Below, in pieces: positions 48,806 through 62,400 of a DNA stretch of 64,000 nucleotides. The DNA is taken from positions 12,090,001 to 12,154,000 of the forward strand of contig OU015569.1 in NCBI GenBank assembly GCA_907165135.1, read 5' to 3'. Origin of the DNA: Oikopleura dioica. Taxonomy: Eukaryota > Animalia > Chordata. The first letter of the stretch is position 1, and the number at the start of each line of letters is the position of its first letter. Made by a program: the position numbers and the translations under genes. The notes under the pieces are model-generated. The model saw only the letters and a list, made by a program, of their open reading frames with translations, did no database searches and was not told the DNA's origin.

Positions 48806-51086
48806 AAGAAACTGTCGGCTCGGTACGTTGTCCAAGCGTACAACCGTCGCGCGCTAAGACGAAATGTCGAGGAGTCGCGCGCTCTCAAGTTCCCGGACTC
48901 GGAAACAGAAGACCAGGACGCGCCCGTGCTGAAAAAGGCGCGATGCAGGAAGCGCACTCGTCGCCATCGTCCTCCCCCGCTCGAGCTGCCGGACTCAACT
49001 CGCGAAAGCCAAAAAGCGACGCTTCAGTCTTTGGCGCTCTCTTCTGCGAAGAACGACGCCTGCATCGCTGGATCTTTAGACGACTATCCTTTCGTCGCCT
49101 TTTCTTCCATCAGAGGTACCCTTGAGCTTTGATCAGCCAAAATGACAGTTTTTCTTTTCAGAGTTTAAAAGATACGAGTCCGGAGCTCTCTCGCCCAAGA
49201 ATCTTCCTTCCTCGACTTTGAGTGCCTCTCCGCCCTTTTCCCCGAATTCTCGAAAAAAGAATAATTTTTCCCGAAAACTGCCGAAACCCCAAAATGCTGA
49301 AAACGAAGAGCGAAACTCGCCGATTCGAGAATTGCTGGATCCAAAAGTGAATTACTTCGAGGCGATCGAAAGCAGCTCGTTTTACTTTCCAGACACCGAG
49401 TCGATCAGTTCCAGAGGCAGCGGCAATACTGAACAGTTCTTCCGGTACAGCTGCCTTTTCAAATCGATCAATAATGAAAATTTAAGACCCCAATCCGTCT
49501 CTCTCCGCGAAAAGCTGCCTAGTTCCAATGGCCTTTCCCGAACAAGAAAGAGAAAAACGCAAAAGGTACGGATTTCTATTATTCGATTTTTGGGCTTCGC
49601 TCGTGGACAGGGATGTACATTCGCAGTGGGGAAAGCATTAGTCAGGTTCCTGAAGAAGCTCAATAAAAAAGAGGGAGATACATACATGTATATTCCCCTC
49701 TGAATCTATTTTTTAAATTTCGGCCTAAGCTTTTTATCAAAACTCTTTCGGGACTAAAACACAGGTTCCATATAATTAAGCCGCATTTTTAGCCGCGAAG
49801 AACGGTGAAACGAGAGACTCGCGAGACGCTGGACAGCCGACTTCATCGCCAAGTATTCACCTATCAGGTACCTTCTTTTCAGGAGCTCTGACTTCCTTTG
49901 TTTTAGCACCACCATCAGCATTCGCACCACCATACGATGGCGTTGCCGATCTTTCCGCTTGGGATGAACTGGCCCTTTCTGCACTTGAACGTAAGTTGAA
50001 CTTCCCAGATCGCGATCCGAATTGAACAAATGAATTTAGGACCCTCTTCTGATGGCGACGCTGCAGCACCAAAGCCTGAACTTGGCGCTGCACAAGCCGC
50101 TTAAAACTGCTCCCACGGGTAAATGGAATGCCATGCACGGAAAAATCGCACACTTTATTCAATCAGGTATCCAACCGTTTTGCTTTTGCCGCAGCCAAAA
50201 AAGAGACACTTAAAATTTTGGTCCCTTGTAAACTAAAGCAATTTCTCTCAAAATAAAAGCCGTAGAAACAGTAACAGTACTAAATAGTACTGTTTCAATT
50301 GAAAGTTTTTTTGATGCTTAAGCTTGATGTCACTAACAGTAGCTTGGATTGATCGTTCCGTGATTCTGATTTCTAAGCTCGCTTATTTCTATAAAAACTC
50401 GCTTTTGGCTGAATATAGAATTAATATCGCTGATAATTCTGAATGCTTCAATTTCGTATCTCAAAGAATGCCGCATTTTCTATTTTTTCTTTTCAGAAAA
50501 GAAGAAGTCAAAACCGAAAGAGTCCGGCGAGAAGCCAAAAAGTGGAGAAAGAGAGGAGCCAGTAGATAAAGAAGGAAAGCCGGGGACGAGTAAGCCAAGG
50601 ACGCCGTCTGCTTCCACCGCTAAATGGATTCCTTCTTTGCCCAGAAGGTAGCACTCAAACAGACTCTAGCGGGGGCATGGGCTCAGCAGCCTGAGTCGAA
50701 GCCTGAGTCAGGGAAAATGAGCTAAATAAATGAAAACCGCATTTCCTACCTTTTTTTCGAATTCTGACGACTACGTTTTTCAATATCGTGCTATTTAGCT
50801 TTTTATAAAAGCTCTTTTGCCCCCTGACTCAGGTGTGCTTCACAGGTTGCCCAGCTCAGACTCAAACAGGGCAAGTAACGAATATCTGTTCAGAGGAGGA
50901 ACGAACCTGCCATCCGCCTTCAGCGCCAGCACGGGCGCCAGCAACTCAGCAGCTTCGAACTCGAACTTTGAGAAGGCGCTGCTGGAGACGCAAGTTCAAG
51001 ATCTCCGAAATCGCTCGCTGGATCTTCTCCAAACTGTCGCTAGTTTACGCCAAACACTTGCTCCTTCATCGACCCTTCGCAAATAA
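48806..51086 (+). CDS. Hypothetical basic/Ser-rich low-complexity protein with C-terminal coiled coil
   Basis: Several in-frame exons with GT-AG sites (48806-49115, 49162-49565, about 49793-49990, about 50870-51086 EKALLETQVQDLRNRSLDLLQTVASLRQTL). Start codon not identified. Confidence 0.45.
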
Positions 51087-51666
51087 GAATAGAAATCTCA
51101 ACTAACAATTTAATAACGCTTTGGAACAATTATTTCTAATGAAAATAACCTCCAGGTTATTACTCAAGTTTGTTTTGAAAAGAAAGAATTTCGCTTTCAA
51201 ATACCCAATCATTCGGTATTTCCTCTTCTGTTTCTAGCGCTACTGTTATAAGAAAATATTCTTCGCTTTTTCGGACTATTCTTTTTCTGACTGCCTTCCA
51301 GAAAATACAATTCTTATAAAAACATCATATCAAAATTGGCTTGTTATAATTTGTTCAAATTACAATTATAACAAGCCCGGTTTCTTAAATTTTCGAAAAT
51401 AATCAGGATTTAAAAGTGGGGTGAAGCCTGCTTGAAATGACGTATTTTGCAATTTTGATAAAATTTCATGCATAATGAGAGAAAAGATTTATTGGATTCG
51501 ACTCTTCCGGTGAGCCACAAGAGAGCGATATGAGAAGTTGAGACGAGTGAGAGTCGGAGCACGCGCAAAAAGAGGCTTGTAATTCATCGGCAGCATTTGC
51601 AAGTGGGCAGCGGGTTTCGGCTCATTATTGAATTTTAGTAAAATTGCGCATAATAAAACTTATTAA

Positions 51667-52036
51667 GGGGAGGTCGTCAATATCGGGGTTTCTCTTGAGC
51701 AAAAAAGCGGAAAAACCTGATTGGATAGAAAAACTAAAATTGTTAGGGGAAAGAAAAGGGTTGTAAAATTCTATCGGCGCAAACGAGAAAAATTTGGCCA
51801 GAAAAATCGGTTAGAAAAGCCGCCAAAGTAGGGCCATTTCGCGATAATTCACCAAAAATGGTCATTTTTTCACAAATTCACCGATTTTACCCCTAAAACT
51901 TATTTTTATATTATAATTTTAGGCTCAACAGACTCGTCAGAATCTGTAGATTCCAAAAATATAATTTTCATATGCATACTATATGTAGAAGTGGGATTTT
52001 GATAAACCCTGAAAATCCATATTGACGACCCCCCTC
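51667..52036. mobile_element. Kolobok-type MITE
   Basis: ttaa|ggggaggtcgtcaatat...atattgacgacccccctc|ttaa; interior similar to 14100-14473. Confidence 0.75.
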
Positions 52037-52244
52037 TTAATAATTAATCTTACTTGAAGCAAAATTTTTTCCTATGCTTTACTTTCATCGGTATGATTGA
52101 ACAGCTAGTAGTCTAATACTATCTGTTTGATCGTTTCACACCATGGAATTTGTTTTGTAACGCTGTATTTTTTACAATCAGGCGTAAGAAGAAAAGACAA
52201 ATGGAAATTCCAATTCACCCGAAGAGAAATTACGAAATCTCTCA

Positions 52245-54077
52245 ATGAACGATGCTAAAAAAATAAGTGTTGCTAAAATAAGTCGAGAAAGCGGGAAAAA
52301 CTCCTTTATTAATTTCATACACACATCTGATTATGAAAAGAAAATTGATTTTTTAAAGTCCGCCATCCGTCATTTTAAATATGCTTACGAAGTAGTATTC
52401 ATCATTTTTTCATTTGAATTCTTTTTTGAGTTTAGGTCGTTGAGTTTCTTCGGTCACGAGCTGGTGTAGTTGAAAAATTTTAATTTCGAAATCCCTCAGC
52501 AATTGCTACAATCGACTTGGAGAACTATACTATCATCTAGCTAAAGAAGAAAACCTTCCATCAGATGTGGCTGATAATGTAGAAGCTATGTTCAGGAAGC
52601 TCAGCCTTAACGCGGGAGCGGCTTCTTGTTTTCAGGAATCAATGGTCAGTTTTGTTGAATGTGTTCGATTTGGAGCAATAAGTTGTGAACTAGCAGATTC
52701 GATCGGTAAATATCTTGTTAGCAATAAAAAATGATGAAAATTAAGAAACCGATCTGCAGAAGGAAAATGACAAGAAAATCGCTGTTTGCATCAATGCCAT
52801 CGAAAAAATTAAAGATATCTCTAAGATTGATGATAACCATTTCACCTTTAAAGAAATCTGCTTACGATATCTCTCTGCTGGATTGCTTTTGCTACCAGAC
52901 AATCTTCAGGTCAAAGCAGTGAGTTTGATGGAAGTCTGTAAAGAACTCACTTACGAAGCGCTGAATTACAAGGACTATCTTCAAGAAATGAGAGCAACGG
53001 CGTACGAAAATATCGAAAGGGCGCGAACATGGTTCGAGTATAAGACGAGAATGGAAATGGTTTTTCTAAAAGAAATTAAATCCCTCTTACCGCGTAAGCT
53101 ATCTTTTAGAAAATAGATTATAAACAGTTGGATAACTAGATGTCAATACAGAGGTTCTGTTTCACGAGCAATTGAATCACCTTTACGAGCTTCAAGATGA
53201 ACTCGCGGATAGCCTTTCTCGATCTGAGGGGCTTCAAAATTTATATCAAGCTAGGGAGTTGATGAATAGAGCAATAAGTAGTAAAAGACGCCAAGTTGGA
53301 GTAATAGATGCTCTTGATCTTCTGGTTCGTATTTGAAACTGCAACATGCTAACAATTTAATAAGAAACGAGCATTTGATCTGACGATTGGAATCGACCAG
53401 AAAGCAAGATGCATCATAGCTTCTGAGATGGGATATATTTATGCTGAGTTCGATGAACGTCCTCACGCAAAAATTAAAGCCAAGGAATACTATAGGGATT
53501 GCATTCATTCGGCACTAGAAAACGGATACACACGGGATTTCTTTTGGCTCAAGAGATCAAGAGAATATCTTGCTAAAGTCGCGTAAGATCGTTCAACTAA
53601 AGATTTTTATCAATGCCATTACAGAGCGGAGATGTCAACTTTTGGTGTAACCTTTCAGCCTTCACAAAAAGGGATCGAGGTTATTGAGGAGTTTAAAAAG
53701 CAGAATTTTGACAAAAAAGAACCAAAAGAATTTCTCGCTTACCTTGCAAAACATCATCCTCCAAAAAAGGGTACTGTAAGTACTAAGAATAAATAAACTC
53801 CAATTCATTCGTCTATAATAGAGTAATAGTAATAATTACTCAAATTGTGCGCATTCTTTTACCTGCTTCAGATGCCGATAGCCACAATTTACAATGAAAA
53901 TGAATGTCTTACAAAAGCGACGCGATTATATCACCCTGACAGGTATCTACGAGAACGAGGGGAATAAACTACTATTCAAGAAATGCATGTTTTAATGATG
54001 ACTGGAGAGCTCTATGTGAGCAAATCTCAATGGTGGCCAACAATTTTTATAATTGTTCAGTGAGAGGAAACTGCTAA
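52245..54077 (+). pseudogene. Helical-repeat protein with C-terminal J-domain-like HPD motif, paralog A (frameshift plus in-frame stop)
   Basis: Colinear with paralog B. 1-nt deletion at about 52473-77 and TAA at 52742-44. C-terminus YLAKHHPPKK|...KATRLYHPD|RNACFNDDWRALCEQISMVANNFY. Confidence 0.65.
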
Positions 54078-54663
54078 ATGAAAAGTTAAAAATCACTATT
54101 ACTGTAGCAATAAAAATGCAATTATATATTCAAAAATAAATCTTTCTATTAAAATTGTTTCAAAAGTAAATTCTACATGCTCAAAATTGAAACTTTTTGT
54201 CTGTTTTGAGCTGAATTGCCACGGAGGTAACACAAGTTACAAGTACACATTTACCGCATGAGAGCGAAAAGAGAGGTCTTTTTTTTGGCAGAGACTCTTG
54301 TTATCGCTCTTTGGAATGGATATATTTTGTCCCATGCAACATTGAAAATAAACTAAATGAAAATAATTTTTAGTTTATAAGTTTTATTTCCGACACTTCT
54401 ATCTCGTTGCTATCGTATTTCAGGTGTTCAAAATTTCCTTGCCTCAAATTTTTAAAAGAGCTCAAGCGTTCATCGTGAAACAAATGAGTTAAGTCTTTGG
54501 TTGGTATTTACTGCGTGAAAACGTTGTTGAAGCGCTTCTCGACATGAAATTTGTTTTGCTAGCCCATAATTTTTACAGTTTTGTGTTAAGTCACACGGGC
54601 GTGTCCCTTAAGACGAAGAAACTTTCAAAATGGGATAAAAACTTAGAGAAAACCACGCCCAAA

Positions 54664-56496
54664 ATGAATGAGACAAAAACAGTAAACATCGCGAAGATAC
54701 ATCGCGAGAGCGGAAAAAAAGCTTTCGTTCATTTCATGAAAGTGACTGACACCGCCAAAAAAATCGAGTTTCTCAACTCAGCTTTAACGCATTTTATGAA
54801 TGCATACAAGGTAACCTCGTCGAAGTAAAGAAATCCAATTGATCTTAGACTGTTGAATTTCTCCGATTGCGGCCGGGTATTATTGAAAAGATTTCCATTA
54901 CAAAGTCTCTCAGCAATTGCTTCAATCGACTTGGTGAACTGTATTTAAATCTTGCAAAAGATAAGAATAGAAAAGACGTCGAAGTTTTGTTCGAAAAACT
55001 CAGCCTCGAGAAAGGAGCAGTTTCAAGTTTCATTCAATCGATGATAAATTTTGTCGAATGTGTTCGATACGGCGCGATGAGCTGCGAATTAGCAGAAATA
55101 ATTGGTAGGATTCATTCAAGCAATAATATTATAGATAAAATAAAAGAGACAGAATTGCAAAAAGAAAATGACAAGAAAATCGCCGTTTGCATCAATGCGC
55201 TCGAACAAATAAAGGATATATCCAGATTGGACGGCTACGAGTTCAGTTTTAAAAAAATTTGCCTTAAATACCTTTCCGCTGGTTTGCTTATCCTACCAGA
55301 TCATTTCCAAATCAAGGCAGTCAGTCTGATAGAAGTATGCGAACAACTCAACTACGAAGGTCTTAAATATAAAGACTACCTCCGAGAAATTACTTCAACG
55401 CCCTATGAAGACATCGAAAATGTGCGAACTTGTTTTAAAGATAGAACGCGAATGGAAATGCTTTTCTTAAAAGAAATTGAATCTCTTCTGGCTCGTAAGT
55501 AATTGTGATTGTGTTTTTGATGTATAGACTAGTGTTTCATACTATAATCTTCATTTTATTTTTTTCTAGATGTTAATAAGGAGATTCTCTCTGAAGAAAA
55601 AATAGATGAGCTAAACGAGCTCAAAGATGAGCTTGAAGACAATCTCTCTCGAACTGCAGGACTTCAGAAACTTTACCAAGCGAGAGAGTTGATGAGTACA
55701 GCTATAAAAGATGGAAGACGTCAAGGTGGTGTGATTGTTGCACTCGATCTACTGGTAAATTGTTTTAAATTTTGATGTTTTTTTATAAAACAGGAGACTA
55801 TTTATTTAAGTTTAATAACGAATATTACGTTAGAAACAAGGATACGACTTAACGCTTGGTATTGACCAGAAAGCAAGGTGCGTTATTGCTTCCGAGATGG
55901 GCTACATTTTTATTGAATTCGATGAACGGCCTCATGCAAAAATCAAAGCAAAAGAATACTACAAAGACTGCATTCATATTGCATTGGAAAATGGATATAC
56001 CAAAGAGTTCTATTGGTTGAAGAGAGCAAGAGAATATCTCGCTAAAGTCTCGTTGGAAAGAGACTTAGTAATCAGTTATTAATTTCATTTTAGTGCGGAG
56101 ACAACGCATTTCGGAGTAACTTTCAATCCATCAGAGGAAGGGATTAAAATTATTCAAAGATTCACAAATGAGGATTTTAGCAATAAATCAGCAACAAAGT
56201 TTCTCAATTATCTGGCAAAAAATCATCCACCGAAGAAAAGAACAGTAAATAATAATTTAGAAATATTTATAATAACATTATGAGATGCCAAGAGTCACAG
56301 GAACACCAGAAAATATCAAAACTTGTCTTACAAAAGTGACACGTCTCTATCATCCAGATACGTAAGTTTTTTTTTGCTTCGCGGTCAGCATATTTTAAGA
56401 AACGCGAAATTTGATGATGATTGGAAGGCTCTTTGTGAGCAGATCTCTATGGTTGCCAACAATTTGTACTCAAGAATCGTGAAAGGATTATACTAG
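54664..56496 (+). CDS. Helical-repeat (TPR-like) protein with C-terminal J-domain-like HPD motif, paralog B
   Basis: Open through 7 exons; ...IKAKEYYKDCIHIAL (TPR-like), YLAKNHPPKK|...KVTRLYHPD|TNAKFDDDWKALCEQISMVANNLY...*. Confidence 0.75.
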
Positions 56497-56979
56497 CTGC
56501 TCTTTATTCGAAATGTAATTTTCTCCAATAAAAAAATTCCCTTTCTTATGTAACTTGCGAAGAATCTAAATTTGCCATGAAATTATTTGATAAATAAGGC
56601 AAGAAGGAGGCCCTGATTCAGGTTTTTAGACAGGCCAATAATTCTTCAAGTCAACCACCACATTTTTTTATTCATTGAGTGAGGAAACGCCCACAGTGAG
56701 CTTGGTAGTATTTACGCTGAGATACTCGAGCTCCGCAAATAGTAGTAGCAATTTGAGTTGAGAGAGGGAGCTCGTAAAATGTAGAAATTAAATAATCAGA
56801 GTAGAAAATCGCACTTTTCCTGGTTCTCTTTGAAGAACTCTGTCATTCCTTTTATTACCAAGGCGAGAATCGAGCACGCGCAGATTAGCTGGCCAGACAA
56901 AGAACTTCCTAAATTCAAGAAAAAAAAACTAACTCAGAAGAAGAGGGGAAAATCAGCAAATGCTGAAAGAGATTAAATA

Positions 56980-57938
56980 ATGGCAGACGCGCGTTGGTCG
57001 GAAAGTGATAGCGAGACTGAATCTGACAGTTCCTGCTCAGGCAAGAGGTCACGCAAGGTCGCTATTTGATTTTTAAGGGGGTAGATTCGTTAACTTGGTT
57101 TTCACTGATCCGAATTTACTCCTAGAATAACCCCTTATTTTAGCATCGTAAATATCCAATTTCCTACCTTTTCTGATGAATTGAAACAAGGAAATAAATC
57201 GTTTAAAACTAATAGTTTTAATTATATAATAAATTATTTCATTTATTTAAATTATGTGATCTTTGAAAAAAAGACCCCGGAGATGACTGGGACAACGATT
57301 TTGCAGCAGCGGCGGATATTTCTTCGAAAAAGAAAGATCCGAGCAAAGGAACCTTGGGCGGATGGGGTTCAGCAGGGGTGGAAAAGAAGGAGCCGAGCGC
57401 AGGAAGTTTGGGTGGCTGGGGAGGAGCTGGGACGACGATGGAAAGCTTGCTAGCGGCCGCGACGGGGAAGACAGATGCGGGAAAAGCAGCTCCCCTCAAA
57501 ATGGAAAAATCAGCGCCTTCTGGTGGGATGGGCTTCTCAATGGGAGGAAGTCCTGGCGGTGGCGGTGGACTGGATGCCTTTTTCAAGGGTGGAATGGGCG
57601 GCTTCGATGAGGCCTCACTTGGCGCCATGTTGAAACAAGAAGGAAGTGGAATGGGGATGGCGGCGATGAAGAGCAACCCGGAAACGAAGCAGCCGAAATC
57701 AGCTGATCGAAAAGAACCGCCCAAGTTTGGAGTCCCGACGCCGATCGCTGCTGCTGCCGGAAAAGGAGGAATGAAAAGCGCGGAAAAAGCGGATCAGCTC
57801 TTTGATTTTCCGATCGCCGGTTCCAAAGCAGGTGGCTTTACTGGCGCAATGGAGAAGAAAACTCCACCCAGCGAAGGAATGCCGTTGAGATCATCCTTTT
57901 TTATCTTTTTTTCGAGCATTTATTTTGTTGGAACTTAG
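56980..57938 (+). CDS. Gly/Met-rich low-complexity protein with GGWG motifs; N-terminal paralog of the 59409 gene
   Basis: MADARWSESDSETESDSSCS|DPGDDWDNDF (GC-AG intron 57041-57273) parallels MAFSDSESSSSCSDPSDDWENDI. 3' end unresolved. Confidence 0.55.
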
Positions 57939-58369
57939 TTTTGTGTACTTAGAAGAGTCTGATTGCCCCTCTTTGTTCTGGCTGGAACAAACTTGACCTG
58001 TCTCTGTCTGGGTTAATGGCCTCTTTAGTCGGTCACCATATGCTTCTTCCGCCGGGCCGAGGAGCCCCCCGTCGAGGAGTAAATTTGAAAACCAAATTGA
58101 GATTTTTTTCATTCAACCAATTTGCGCAAAAAATATAAAAAAGAAGAGGAGAGAGCTTCAATCTAAGAGAGAGAATCGTCTCTTCTTGAGAAGAGCGATC
58201 TTGAAACAAATTGACTACCTTGAGAAGAACTTTCTTGATTTTATTTGGAAGAGCAATTTCTCTGGTAAGGAGATGAACGGGTGGTTTTTGAATATTGACA
58301 CCTTTATTTTTATGAAACCAAAAAAACGTTCAAGCCACTAGAATTGGCAAATAATATATTAGAAAATAG

Positions 58370-58890
58370 GGGTCACCATTTTAACGGATAAGGACTTCTA
58401 AGAGGTGTCAATTTTAACGGGTTGAATATTCCTCAAGAGTGTCCCGATTTTAACGGATTTTCCAGCCTCAGACGCGCTTTTTTTACGGTTGGATTTTACA
58501 ACTTTTGATAGAGTTAACCAAACCTGGAGTTTTTGGGCTCAAAATGCTCCTCTCTAAAAATAAAAATTTTCCAGTGCATTAGATTTCGAAAATTAGGTAC
58601 CAATTTTCCGGAAGTGATTTTAGGTACCCCTAAATGTGGAAAATTGGTACTTAATTTTCAAAATCTAATGCATTGGAAAATTAAAGTTTTTCGAGAGAAT
58701 CATTTTGATCCCAAAAACTTCAGATTTGGTTAGCTCTATCAAAAGTTATAAGAATCCAACCGTAAAAAAAGCGCGTCTCAGGGTAATGAGGTAACAACTT
58801 TTCATACAATCCGTTAAGATGGGTACCTTCTTGAAGAATATTCATTCAGTTAAAGTGGAGAAATACTTGTTCGTTAAAATGGTGGTCATT
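58370..58890. repeat. About 520-bp foldback/palindromic element
   Basis: Arms such as agacgcgctttttttacggttggattttacaacttttgatagag vs ctctatcaaaagttataagaatccaaccgtaaaaaaagcgcgtct; ends ...ccattttaacg / cgttaaaatgg. Confidence 0.8.
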
Positions 58891-59408
58891 TTATGTATTT
58901 AATACCGATTTTCCATGTTTACTTGGATTTCGTTATAATGAGAATGGAAGTAAAAAAATCACTGTAAGAAGCGTGGGAACGCGTAATATAGGGGCCTAGT
59001 GTGAGTGCGAAATTAGAAAATGAAAAAAACGATGTTCGAATTTAGGAAAAGTGGTTCAGGTTGAGAAGCTCGGTACGTCCGTGTAGGCGCCCGTGTGTGT
59101 TCCCAGTGAAGCATAAAAGAAGCTCACTCTCTTCTTTTTTCGAGTTCTCAGGAAAGAGCAAGAGCTGTTTCACTTTCGGGCTACTACTGAGTGTTTCATT
59201 CAGTCTCGTGAAAATTGCTTTTTGGAATTCTGCGCCCTTGCCTTGGGCGGAGAGCCAGCCTTCTTTGAGCTCAGCCACCGAGTGTGAACATTTTTTTTCT
59301 TGGCGAAGAGGGTTGAAATTAAAAAAAAAATAATAGCGCCGAGGAGAAGACGGAAAGAAATAGGAAGAGAGAGAGCGTCGGAAGAAGGGACTAGAAGTTA
59401 GTGCAAAT

Positions 59409-62400
59409 TATGGCGTTTTCTGACAGCGAGAGCAGCTCGTCCTGCTCAGACCCAAGTGACGACTGGGAAAACGACATTGTAGAGACGCCAAAGCCAAAGA
59501 GCTCTTCCTCGACCACGGCGAAAAAAGACGAGGCAAAGGGAGGAATCAAGCTTGACATAGGACAAGATAAGGTAGACTTCACTCAGTGTTCTCTTTTTCG
59601 TCCTTTTTTGGAATTTCCGACGAAAAAGCGAGAAAGCGCATTTTTTTCGCATTTTGGGAATTTTGGTGTTTTGAAAATGTGCTTTTGCTTGAGCTTGTGT
59701 ATGAATGTTTTTGTTCGGTCGTTATTTTTTGGCTTATTAAAAAAACTGTCTTCATTTTAAATTGACAGATAGGTTTAGTACTTCCATTTAGCAGATTTCA
59801 AGATGAAATCAAAAATGAGAGTCTTTGACTAAAAAGGCTTTTGAAAAATAATTGTTGGTGAAATTTTTCTTTCATTGAGAAAGAGAGTAAAGTCCGCTCA
59901 TGCTCAAAATAAAGATTCTTCATTAGAATATTGATCTCAATAGCCTTTTGGCTGCTCTGGGGCGCCACCCTCGAAGTCCTCCACCACAACCAAAACAACC
60001 AGCAGTTCCTCCGGATTCGGCTCTTCCTCGAAAAGCAGCGGCTTTGGAAACTCGTCCAAGTCCTCCGCGGCGGATCCTTTTGCAAAATTGTTTGAAACAT
60101 CAAGTAAACCCTCGACGACATCGTCGACAAAAGCAAATCCTTTTTCTTCGATTCCCATGGCCGGAACGAAATCCACAACTTCCTCGACAAAGACGACTAC
60201 TTCTTCTCCTCCGAAAACGACGACAAAGTCTCCACCAAAGCCCGCAGCAAGGTAATCAAGCGCGTGAGCTCGGCAACCTGTGTAGAAAACCTGAGTCAGG
60301 GTCAAAAAGGGCTAAAATACAATCGCTTTCTCTTTAGCTCTTTCAAACCCTGACTCAGGTTTTCTTCACAGATTGCCGAGCCGAGTCTGGGCTCAATAAC
60401 CTGTGCAAAAAACCTGAGTCAGGGATGCAGCTTCACTAGAATATGAAATAGATTTCAAGACCCTGACTCAGGTTTTCTACACAGGAAAACCAGAAATCAG
60501 GGAATCTTTATCATTTATTTAAAAAATGCCGAACAATAATGGTTTTATTTCAGAAAGAAAGTAGTCTGCAAACAGCTCACAATTGAAGAAGACTGGGTCC
60601 AGAAAGCGCTCAAAAAGGATCACGACTACAGGTAAGCCGCCAAACGGCGAAAAATGCTTGAGAAGAGCATCTTTTTCAGCTAATCCCTTTTTCTAATTCC
60701 AGGATTATTTTTTATCTTTTTAATCTTTTTTCGCTATTAATAATTCTAAAATTTTCCAGTTGGTTTCAAAGTCTAATATCTCTTTAGCGCGGAGAACAGC
60801 ACAAACTACTTTATCGAACACGCGCTGGACTTGGTGGAGAACGGATGCAAAGAGTTTGCGAAGTTCGTCGCCAGAGTCCAAGTCAACGAGTTCATCGACG
60901 ACTACGGACCAGATTACGACGACATGGCACAAGGGCAGCTCCAAATTTCTTTTTTCTTCTTCCTTGATTTCAGCGATGATTTCATAATTTATTTTCAAAA
61001 ATTATTTTAATAAGTTATTATTTTAATTAATAATGTAATTTTATTATATTATTTTATTATTATATAAATTTATTATAATTATAATAATAAATTGTTATTT
61101 TAATTAATTATTAATTTATTTCTTTAAGAAATTTATTCAAGTTCATTTTTAACGAGCTTCAAAAAAGAGTACTTCGAGTTCCTGACAGAAATGTCTTCCG
61201 AGCAAGGCAATAAAAACATGGACATTTGCAAAGTCCAGGATCCCGACGATCTGCCGATGTATTCCAAAGACGGCTTGTTGGAAGGCTTTTTGAACTTTTT
61301 CGCCCACGATTCCGATCAATCCGCGAATATAGATTGCTTATCGCATATTTTTGCCAATTGCGAGGTACTTTTTTATTTTGAGAAGTCAAATAAAATTTTG
61401 CTTTTTTTGAAAGATGTTCACGGACTTCTACGTGCAGCAGAAGAGTTCGCTGGAGCGGGTGAGCAGCTACTTGAAGAAACTTAGGAAATGGTCATTCCAT
61501 TTCGTCTGGTTATTTTTGGACCTTGGGGAACGATGGAAGCGACCACTGGATGAGCACGATCCGAGCGCCCAAGTTCACGCTTGTGGACAAGGCCTACATC
61601 TTCGCCTCCGCCACTGACATTCTTCAGCAGGTAGTCTCGTCGATCAAGGACTTTTTCAACGGGGAAAAAGGAGCTGCAGCGTTAAAGAAGACGATGGAAG
61701 AGCATGTCGACGAATTAGGCATGGATCGATTTTTTTATGATTTTTGGGGAGAAAGTTGCCCGAAATCCTTGGCTTGGGAACCTAGAATTAGGGTGAGAGA
61801 CTAGTGAAATTTTTGAAATAAGGACTTCGAGTTAATTTCAAGCGAAAAGCCGCTGCGCGGCTTTTTTAAAAACGAAGCCGCAAAGCGGCTTCGCGAAAGT
61901 TACCACATCAATCTTTCATTTATTTTGGCGAAGCCGCTTTGCGGCTTCGTCTTTAAAAAAGCCGCTGCGCGGCTTTTCAATTTAACCCTTTTTAAGAGGA
62001 ATGATTTGCTGAATATAAAAAGTGAATGAATCCATTTTAAAAGAAAAAGAATTCACATTCTGCCGCGACTGCAAAATCCGCGAGTTGGAAGAAGAAACGA
62101 TTTCGGAAGAGATGGAACAAAGTTTCAAGAGTTCCAGCGCGAATAAAAGCAAAAACTCGGGCTGGGGCGCTACTAGTGCCGACAAAAGCAGCTCGAAATC
62201 GAGCTCTGGGTGGGGAAACAGCTCAACTCCGGTGAAGTCGAGCGGTTGGGGTGCTTCTTCCAGTCAGGCGCCGAAGACTTCGACGCCGAACGCGAAAAGC
62301 AGTTCCCAAGCGGCTTCTTCTCAGTCCAAATCCGTCACGTGGGGAGGAGCGTCGAAAAGTAAAGAACCAGCACCACCAGGCTCGTTTTCGATCTGATTCA

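Noticed and set aside
59409-59570. eIF3j or CCDC43 identity from the acidic DDWE N-terminus
   Set aside because: The rest of the protein does not match; the motif is too short.
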